Shown: piece by piece, positions 27,685-33,867 of the stretch | Position numbering within the stretch: the first letter of the stretch is position 1 | Layout: each line of letters begins with the position of its first letter | DNA from: a virus | Lineage: Duplodnaviria > Heunggongvirae > Uroviricota > Caudoviricetes | IMG/VR virus record: IMGVR_UViG_2778261506_000006 | Length of the DNA stretch: 33,867 bases | Strand: one strand, 5' to 3' | Made by a program: the position numbers and the translations under genes | The notes under the pieces: generated by a model | Told to the model about the DNA's origin: nothing | The model's database searches: none | What the model saw: the letters and a program-made list of their open reading frames with translations, nothing else

Positions 27685-27836
27685 CGTTTCCGAAAAATCT
27701 CTCGGTCGATGACCTGATGGCGGATGTGGCAGTGGTATTTCACTGGCCGCCATCAGAACTGTATCCCATGAGCCTGACCGAACTCATCACATGGCGCGAA
27801 AAGGCGCTCAGGCGAAGCGGAAACACGAATGAGTAA
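27409..27836 (+). CDS. E': Tail assembly chaperone E+E' fusion (142 aa) made by -1 programmed frameshift at 27657-27663
   Basis: Slippery heptamer T TTT TTG in E frame; the -1 frame stays open to TAA 27834-27836; total 142 aa equals P2 E+E'. Confidence 0.8.
27657..27663 (+). promoter_or_regulatory. Programmed -1 ribosomal frameshift slippery heptamer TTTTTTG
   Basis: X XXY YYZ pattern in frame with E; conserved mechanism in tail chaperone pairs. Confidence 0.8.
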
Positions 27837-30276
27837 CAATGTAAAATTACAGGTATTGCTCAGGGCTGTTGACCAGGCATCCCGCCCGTTTAAATCCATC
27901 CGCACAGCGAGCAAGTCGCTGTCGGGGGATATCCGGGAAACACAAAAATCACTGCGCGAGCTGAACGGTCATGCATCCCGTATTGAGGGATTCCGCAAGA
28001 CCAGTGCACAGCTCGCCGTGACTGGTCATGCACTTGAAAAGGCACGGCAGGAGGCCGAAGCCCTTGCCACACAGTTTAAAAACACCGAGCGTCCGACCCG
28101 TGCTCAGGCGAAAGTGCTGGAATCAGCAAAGCGTGCGGCGGAGGACTTACAGGCGAAATATAACCGCCTGACGGATTCCGTTAAACGCCAGCAGCGGGAG
28201 CTGGCCGCTGTGGGAATTAATACCCGCAATCTTGCACATGATGAGCAGGGACTGAAAAACCGTATCAGTGAAACCACCGCACAGCTTAACCGTCAGCGCG
28301 ACGCGCTGGCGCGTGTCAGTGCGCAACAGGCAAAACTTAACGCAGTCAAACAGCGTTATCAGGCCGGAAAGGAGCTGGCCGGAAATATGGCCTCAGTGGG
28401 CGCTGCCGGTGTGGGGATTGCGGCGGCGGGAACGATGGCCGGTGTTAAGCTGCTGATGCCCGGTTATGAGTTTGCGCAGAAAAACTCAGAATTGCAGGCC
28501 GTGCTAGGTGTGGCAAAAGACTCCGCCGAAATGGCCGCGCTCCGCAAACAGGCGCGTCAGCTTGGCGACAATACCGCCGCCTCGGCAGATGATGCAGCCG
28601 GTGCGCAGATTATTATTGCGAAAGCCGGTGGGGATGTTGATGCCATTCAGGCGGCAACGCCGGTCACGCTGAATATGGCGCTGGCGAACCGTCGCACGAT
28701 GGAAGAAAACGCCGCCCTGCTGATGGGGATGAAATCCGCCTTTCAGCTTTCAAACGATAAGGTCGCTCATATCGGGGATGTTCTCTCCATGACGATGAAC
28801 AAAACCGCCGCCGATTTTGACGGTATGAGCGATGCGCTGACCTATGCCGCACCTGTGGCAAAAAATGCCGGTGTCAGTATTGAAGAAACCGCCGCAATGG
28901 TCGGGGCACTGCATGATGCAAAAATTACCGGTTCAATGGCGGGGACGGGAAGCCGTGCCGTGTTAAGCCGCCTGCAGGCACCGACGGGAAAAGCATGGGA
29001 TGCACTCAAAGAGCTTGGTGTGAAAACCTCAGACAGCAAGGGAAACACCCGGCCAGTATTTACCATTCTGAAAGAAATGCAGGCCAGTTTTGAGAAAAAC
29101 CGGCTCGGTACTGCCCAGCAGGCTGAATACATGAAAACCATTTTCGGGGAGGAGGCCAGCTCAGCCGCCGCTGTGCTGATGACTGCCGCCTCAACCGGAA
29201 AGCTGGACAAACTGACCGCTGCGTTTAAAGCCTCAGACGGAAAGACCGCAGAGCTGGTAAATATCATGCAGGACAACCTCGGCGGTGACTTTAAGGAGTT
29301 TCAGTCCGCTTATGAGGCGGTGGGGACTGACCTGTTTGACCAGCAGGAAGGCGCACTGCGTAAGCTCACGCAGACGGCCACAAAGTATGTGTTAAAACTC
29401 GACGGCTGGATCCAGAAAAATAAATCACTGGCGTCAACCATCGGCATTATTGCCGGTGGTGCACTGGCGCTGACTGGCATCATTGGTGCCATTGGCCTCG
29501 TAGCCTGGCCGGTTATCACCGGCATCAATGCCATCATCGCGGCAGCAGGCGCAATGGGGGCAATCTTCACGACGGTTGGCAGTGCCGTTATGACGGCCAT
29601 CGGGGCGATTAGCTGGCCGGTTGTGGCTGTGGTGGCCGCCATTGTCGCCGGGGCGTTGCTTATCCGTAAATACTGGGAGCCTGTCAGCGCATTCTTTGGC
29701 GGTGTGGTTGAAGGGCTGAAAGCGGCATTTGCGCCGGTGGGGGAATTTTTCACGCCACTTAAACCGGTGTTTGACTGGCTGGGTGAAAAGTTACAGGCCG
29801 CGTGGCAGTGGTTTAAAAACCTGATTGCCCCGGTCAAAGCCACCCAGGACACCCTGAACCGTTGCCGTGACACGGGCGTCATGTTCGGGCAGGCACTGGC
29901 TGACGCGCTGATGCTGCCGCTTAATGCGTTCAACAAACTGCGCAGTGGTATTGACTGGGTACTGGAAAAACTCGGTGTCATCAACAAAGAGTCAGACACA
30001 CTTGACCAGACCGCCGCCAGAACTCAAGCCGCCACGTATGGCAGCAGTGGTTATATTCCGGCGACCAGCTCTTATGCAGGCTATCAGGCTTATCAGCCGG
30101 TCACGGCACCGGCTGGTCGCTCTTATGTAGACCAGAGTAAAAACGAATATCACATCAGCCTTACGGGTGGTACTGCGCCGGGGACACAGCTTGACCGCCA
30201 GTTACAGGATGCGCTCGAAAAATACGAGCGGGATAAACGTGCGCGCGCCCGTGCCAGCATGATGCATGACGGTTAA
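27829..30276 (+). CDS. T: Tail tape measure protein T (815 aa)
   Basis: Size identical to P2 gpT; coiled-coil N-terminus, Gly/Ala-rich hydrophobic middle. Confidence 0.93.
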   Translation: MSNNVKLQVLLRAVDQASRPFKSIRTASKSLSGDIRETQKSLRELNGHASRIEGFRKTSAQLAVTGHALEKARQEAEALATQFKNTERPTRAQAKVLESAKRAAEDLQAKYNRLTDSVKRQQRELAAVGINTRNLAHDEQGLKNRISETTAQLNRQRDALARVSAQQAKLNAVKQRYQAGKELAGNMASVGAAGVGIAAAGTMAGVKLLMPGYEFAQKNSELQAVLGVAKDSAEMAALRKQARQLGDNTAASADDAAGAQIIIAKAGGDVDAIQAATPVTLNMALANRRTMEENAALLMGMKSAFQLSNDKVAHIGDVLSMTMNKTAADFDGMSDALTYAAPVAKNAGVSIEETAAMVGALHDAKITGSMAGTGSRAVLSRLQAPTGKAWDALKELGVKTSDSKGNTRPVFTILKEMQASFEKNRLGTAQQAEYMKTIFGEEASSAAAVLMTAASTGKLDKLTAAFKASDGKTAELVNIMQDNLGGDFKEFQSAYEAVGTDLFDQQEGALRKLTQTATKYVLKLDGWIQKNKSLASTIGIIAGGALALTGIIGAIGLVAWPVITGINAIIAAAGAMGAIFTTVGSAVMTAIGAISWPVVAVVAAIVAGALLIRKYWEPVSAFFGGVVEGLKAAFAPVGEFFTPLKPVFDWLGEKLQAAWQWFKNLIAPVKATQDTLNRCRDTGVMFGQALADALMLPLNAFNKLRSGIDWVLEKLGVINKESDTLDQTAARTQAATYGSSGYIPATSSYAGYQAYQPVTAPAGRSYVDQSKNEYHISLTGGTAPGTQLDRQLQDALEKYERDKRARARASMMHDG

Positions 30277-30290
30277 GGAGGTGAGGAAAA

Positions 30291-30770
30291 ATGATGCTCG
30301 CGTTAGGTATGTTTGTTTTTATGCGCCAGACGCTGCCACACCAGACCATGCAGCGTGAATCAGATTATCGCTGGCCGTCAAATTCCCGTATCGGTAAACG
30401 GGATGCCTTTCAGTTTCTCGGTGTTGGCGAGGAAAACATTACGCTTGCCGGTGTGCTTTATCCCGAACTGACAGGCGGAAAGCTGACGATGACCACGCTC
30501 AGACTGATGGCAGAGGAAGGCCGGGCGTGGCCGTTGCTGGATGGCACCGGCATGATTTACGGCATGTATGTCATCAGCAGGGTGAGTGAAACAGGGAGTA
30601 TTTTCTTTGCAGACGGCACACCCCGGAAAATTGATTTTACGCTGTCGCTCACCCGCGTTGATGAATCACTGGCCGCGCTTTATGGCGATATCGGTAAACA
30701 GGCGGAATCGCTCATCGGTAAGGCTGGCAGTATGGCGACCAGATTCACGGGTATGACGGGGGCGGGATAA
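30291..30770 (+). CDS. U: Tail protein U (159 aa)
   Basis: SD aaggaggtgagg before ATG; size as P2 gpU. Confidence 0.9.
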   Translation: MMLALGMFVFMRQTLPHQTMQRESDYRWPSNSRIGKRDAFQFLGVGEENITLAGVLYPELTGGKLTMTTLRLMAEEGRAWPLLDGTGMIYGMYVISRVSETGSIFFADGTPRKIDFTLSLTRVDESLAALYGDIGKQAESLIGKAGSMATRFTGMTGAG

Positions 30771-31933
30771 TGCTGGATGCGCTGACATTTGATGCAGGCA
30801 GTACGCTGACGCCGGATTACATGCTGATGCTCGACAGCAGGGATATTACCGGCAATATCAGCGACCGTCTGATGAGCATGACCCTGACGGATAACCGGGG
30901 CTTTGAGGCTGACCAGCTTGATATTGAACTGAACGATGCCGACGGGCAGGTCGGGCTGCCGGTTCGTGGCGCTGTCCTGACGGTGTATATCGGCTGGAAA
31001 GGTTTTGCCCTGGTATGCAAAGGGAAATTTACCGTTGATGAGGTTGAACACCGGGGCGCACCGGATGTGGTCACCATCCGCGCCCGGAGTGCAGATTTTC
31101 GCGGGACGCTCAATTCCCGCCGGGAAGGCTCCTGGCATGACACCACGCTCGGTGCGATTGTTGAGGCGATAGCCTCCCGTAACAGGCTGGAAGCCAGTGT
31201 TGCGCCGTCACTGGCCGGAATTAAAATCCCGCACATCGACCAGTCGCAGGAGTCTGATGCGAAATTCCTGACCCGCCTTGCTGAACGCAACGGCGGTGAG
31301 GTGTCGGTAAAAATGGGAAAACTGTTGTTTCTCAAAGCGGGGCAGGGGGTGACGGCCAGCGGTAAAAAAGTCCCGCAGATTACCATCACCCGCAGTGACG
31401 GTGACCGTCATCATTTTGCGATTGCTGACCGTGGAGCCTATACCGGCGTAACGGCAAAGTGGTTACACACCAAAGACCCGAAGCCGCAAAAGCAGAAGGT
31501 AAAACTGAAACGCAAAAAGAAAGAGAAACACCTGCGCGCACTGGAGCACCCGAAAGCGAAACCGGTCAGGCAGAAGAAAGCGCCAAAAGTACCGGAAGCG
31601 CGCGAAGGTGAATACATGGCAGGTGAGGCTGACAACGTTTTTGCCCTGACCACGGTATATGCCACGAAAGCACAGGCCATGCGCGCAGCTCAGGCGAAGT
31701 GGGATAAACTGCAACGGGGTGTAGCGGAGTTCTCCATCAGCCTGGCTACCGGTCGGGCAGATATTTACACGGAAGCACCGGTTAAAGTGTCAGGCTTTAA
31801 GCGCGTCATAGACGAGCAGGACTGGACAATCACTAAGGTGACACATTTTCTGAATAATAGCGGCTTCACGACGTCCCTGGAGCTTGAGGTCAGGCTTTCT
31901 GATGTGGAGTACGAAACAGAAGATGATGAGTGA
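30770..31933 (+). CDS. D: Tail protein D (late control gene D family, 387 aa)
   Basis: Start overlaps U stop (TAATG); size as P2 gpD. Confidence 0.92.
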   Translation: MLDALTFDAGSTLTPDYMLMLDSRDITGNISDRLMSMTLTDNRGFEADQLDIELNDADGQVGLPVRGAVLTVYIGWKGFALVCKGKFTVDEVEHRGAPDVVTIRARSADFRGTLNSRREGSWHDTTLGAIVEAIASRNRLEASVAPSLAGIKIPHIDQSQESDAKFLTRLAERNGGEVSVKMGKLLFLKAGQGVTASGKKVPQITITRSDGDRHHFAIADRGAYTGVTAKWLHTKDPKPQKQKVKLKRKKKEKHLRALEHPKAKPVRQKKAPKVPEAREGEYMAGEADNVFALTTVYATKAQAMRAAQAKWDKLQRGVAEFSISLATGRADIYTEAPVKVSGFKRVIDEQDWTITKVTHFLNNSGFTTSLELEVRLSDVEYETEDDE

Positions 31934-32014
31934 TGTGGTTTATTTATCTGTTTGTTTTATAAGGATAAATTAACTAAAATGGCACCATCAACAAAACCGG
32001 AAGAGGTGCTCGCG

Positions 32015-32233
32015 ATGTTTCATTGTCCTTTATGCCAGCATGCCGCACATGCGCGTACAAGTCGCTATATCACTGACACGACAAAAGAGCGTTATCACCA
32101 GTGCCAGAACGTGAATTGCAGCGCCACGTTCATCACCTATGAGTCGGTACAGAGATACATCGTGAAGCCGGGAGAAGTCCACGCCGTAAGGCCGCACCCG
32201 TTACCGTCAGGGCAGCAAATTATGTGGATGTAA
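32015..32233 (+). CDS. ogr: Ogr zinc-finger late-gene transcription activator (72 aa)
   Basis: ATG 32015 with SD gaggtg; CPLC...CQNVNC zinc-finger motif; track ORF 31952 is an upstream extension. Confidence 0.9.
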   Translation: MFHCPLCQHAAHARTSRYITDTTKERYHQCQNVNCSATFITYESVQRYIVKPGEVHAVRPHPLPSGQQIMWM

Positions 32234-32245
32234 TTACAAACAGAA

Positions 32246-32270
32246 AGCCCCTCAGTCGAGGGGCTTTTTT
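32246..32270 (+). terminator. Rho-independent terminator agcccctc-agtc-gaggggct followed by T6
   Basis: 8-bp GC-rich stem plus T-tract immediately after ogr. Confidence 0.8.
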
Positions 32271-32334
32271 GTCGATGTGGTCAATGTGTGGACGTGACCA
32301 GAAATAAATCCTTTTATTTCATTGAATTACGCGT

Positions 32335-32361
32335 AAAAAATAAGCCCGTGTAAGGGAGATT
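32335..32361. repeat. attR: attR core: second copy of the 27-bp att direct repeat
   Basis: Identical to 478-504. Confidence 0.85.
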
Positions 32362-32505
32362 ACACAGGCTAAGGAGGTGGTTCCTGGTACAGCTAGCATT
32401 TTATGGGTTATGTTTTTCAGCGAAACGGATGATAACCTTAATAAATGCAGCTGTATGTGATCGGTTTCTAAGAATTTTCCATCCGGGAAAAATAATCGAA
32501 ATTAA

Positions 32506-33867
32506 TCACTTACCGTGTGGGTTACGCGTGGTTTCCCCGGAGAAATTACGCATCAGCAGAGCGTAATTGAGCTCAAGATCCTGCGGGACCGGGAGCCACA
32601 CAGTATAACCATCGCCTGGTGCGACCGGCATCGCTTCACCTTTGGCGTTTTCCATGTGCTCAAGGGTAAAGTTAATGTTGCCTTGCGGCGTCATCAGCTC
32701 AAGGCTGTCGCCAACGGAGAATTTATTTTTCACCGCTACCGCCGCGAGGTCCCCCTTGCGCTCACCGGTAAACTCACCAACAAACTGCTGGCGGTCAGAA
32801 ACTGAATAACCGTATTCGTAGTTCTGATAATCGTCGTGAGTATGACGACGCAGGAAACCTTCGGTATAGCCACGATGCGCCAGACCTTCCAGAGTTTCCA
32901 GCAGGCTGGTATCGAACGGTTTGCCCGCAGCGGCGTCATCGATAGCTTTACGGTAAACCTGTGCGGTGCGTGCGCAATAGTAGAAAGATTTAGTACGGCC
33001 TTCGATTTTCAGCGAATGCACGCCCATTTTGGTCAGGCGTTCTACATGGGCGATGGCGCGCAGATCTTTCGAGTTCATGATGTAAGTGCCGTGCTCATCT
33101 TCAAACGCGGTCATATACTCGCCCGGACGCTGGGCTTCTTCGATCATAAACACTTTGTCGGTTGGCGCGCCGATACCCAGCGTCGGCTCAACATTTTGCA
33201 CCGGAATCGGCTCGTACTTGTGTACGATGTTGCCAACGTCATCTTCTTTCCCTTCCTGGACGTTGTACTCCCAGCGGCAGGCGTTGGTGCAGGTACCCTG
33301 GTTCGGATCGCGCTTGTTGATATAGCCAGAGAGCAGGCAGCGACCGGAGTAGGCCATGCACAGTGCGCCGTGAACGAAGATCTCGATCTCCATATCCGGC
33401 ACCTGATTGCGGATCTCTTCAATCTCTTCCAGCGACAGCTCGCGAGAGAGGATCACGCGGGTCAGGCCCATTTGCTGCCAGAATTTCACCGTCGCCCAGT
33501 TTACGGCGTTAGCCTGCACCGAGAGGTGGATCGGCATTTCAGGGAAGTGCTCACGCACCAGCATAATCAGCCCTGGATCGGACATAATCAGCGCATCCGG
33601 CCCCATTTCCACCACCGGTTTCAGGTCACGGATAAAGGTTTTCAGCTTGGCGTTGTGCGGTGCAATGTTGACCACGACATAAAACTTTTTCCCCAGCGCG
33701 TGGGCTTCATTGATGCCGAGCTGAAGATTTTCGTGGTTGAATTCGTTGTTGCGCACACGCAGGGAGTAACGCGGCTGGCCCGCATAAACAGCATCTGCGC
33801 CATAAGCGAAAGCGTAACGCATATTTTTCAGCGTTCCCGCCGGGGAAAGGAGTTCCGGTTTAAACAT
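32506..33867 (-). CDS. yegQ: Host U32-family peptidase YegQ (also called RlhA), 453 aa
   Basis: Full-length ORF starting at the window edge (ATG 33867); recognised from sequence and neighbourhood (ogr-proximal prophage end abuts yegQ as in the K-12 ogrK/yegZ locus). Confidence 0.85.
   Translation of the reverse strand: MFKPELLSPAGTLKNMRYAFAYGADAVYAGQPRYSLRVRNNEFNHENLQLGINEAHALGKKFYVVVNIAPHNAKLKTFIRDLKPVVEMGPDALIMSDPGLIMLVREHFPEMPIHLSVQANAVNWATVKFWQQMGLTRVILSRELSLEEIEEIRNQVPDMEIEIFVHGALCMAYSGRCLLSGYINKRDPNQGTCTNACRWEYNVQEGKEDDVGNIVHKYEPIPVQNVEPTLGIGAPTDKVFMIEEAQRPGEYMTAFEDEHGTYIMNSKDLRAIAHVERLTKMGVHSLKIEGRTKSFYYCARTAQVYRKAIDDAAAGKPFDTSLLETLEGLAHRGYTEGFLRRHTHDDYQNYEYGYSVSDRQQFVGEFTGERKGDLAAVAVKNKFSVGDSLELMTPQGNINFTLEHMENAKGEAMPVAPGDGYTVWLPVPQDLELNYALLMRNFSGETTRNPHGK

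Larger units (their letters stand above)
478..32361. mobile_element. Complete P2-like prophage (Peduovirus-type), about 31.9 kb, bounded by att direct repeats
   Basis: Full P2 synteny from int to ogr, cos site present, att repeats at both ends, host genes outside. Confidence 0.9.

Noticed and set aside
29310-29999. 229-aa minus-strand ORF inside tape measure gene T
   Set aside because: Antisense shadow ORF with Ala/Ser/Thr-rich low-complexity product.
30817-31389. 190-aa minus-strand ORF inside D
   Set aside because: Antisense shadow ORF.
31952-32014. Upstream in-frame extension of ogr (93-aa version)
   Set aside because: The SD gaggtg sits correctly for ATG 32015 and the 72-aa product matches P2 Ogr length.

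Overview
The window holds a complete P2-like (Peduovirus-type) temperate myophage prophage of about 31.9 kb, integrated in an enterobacterial (Escherichia coli-like) chromosome next to the U32-peptidase gene yegQ. It is bounded by an exact 27-bp att direct repeat (478-504 and 32335-32361). The canonical P2 gene order is intact: int, C, cox, B, orf80-83, A, then cos, then Q-P (minus strand) and O-N-M-L-X-Y-K-lysA-lysB/lysC-R-S-V-W-J-I-H-G, then FI-FII-E/E'-T-U-D-ogr. Host flanks are a small lipoprotein gene (1-318) and yegQ (32506-33867, minus strand). Two AT-rich cargo insertions sit at accessory positions. (1) Between cos and the portal gene Q is a tightly coupled two-gene cassette: a 433-aa AAA15/ABC-type ATPase (7544-8845) and a 145-aa small protein with nuclease-like motifs (8854-9291). 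This is the strongest candidate for a previously undescribed anti-phage defence system. (2) Between G and FI, at the P2 Z/fun position, is an antisense 436-aa Hanks-type Ser/Thr kinase with an uncharacterised C-terminal domain (23956-25266). The usual orf91/tin/old genes between A and cos are absent; that spacer holds a bidirectional terminator, a 37-aa hydrophobic small ORF with a strong Shine-Dalgarno, and short direct repeats. Also present are the C-repressor operator repeats, the E/E' -1 frameshift site, embedded spanin lysC, and a 132-bp tandem repeat in tail-fibre gene H. All assignments rest on reading the translations and on remembered P2 biology; no database search was run.
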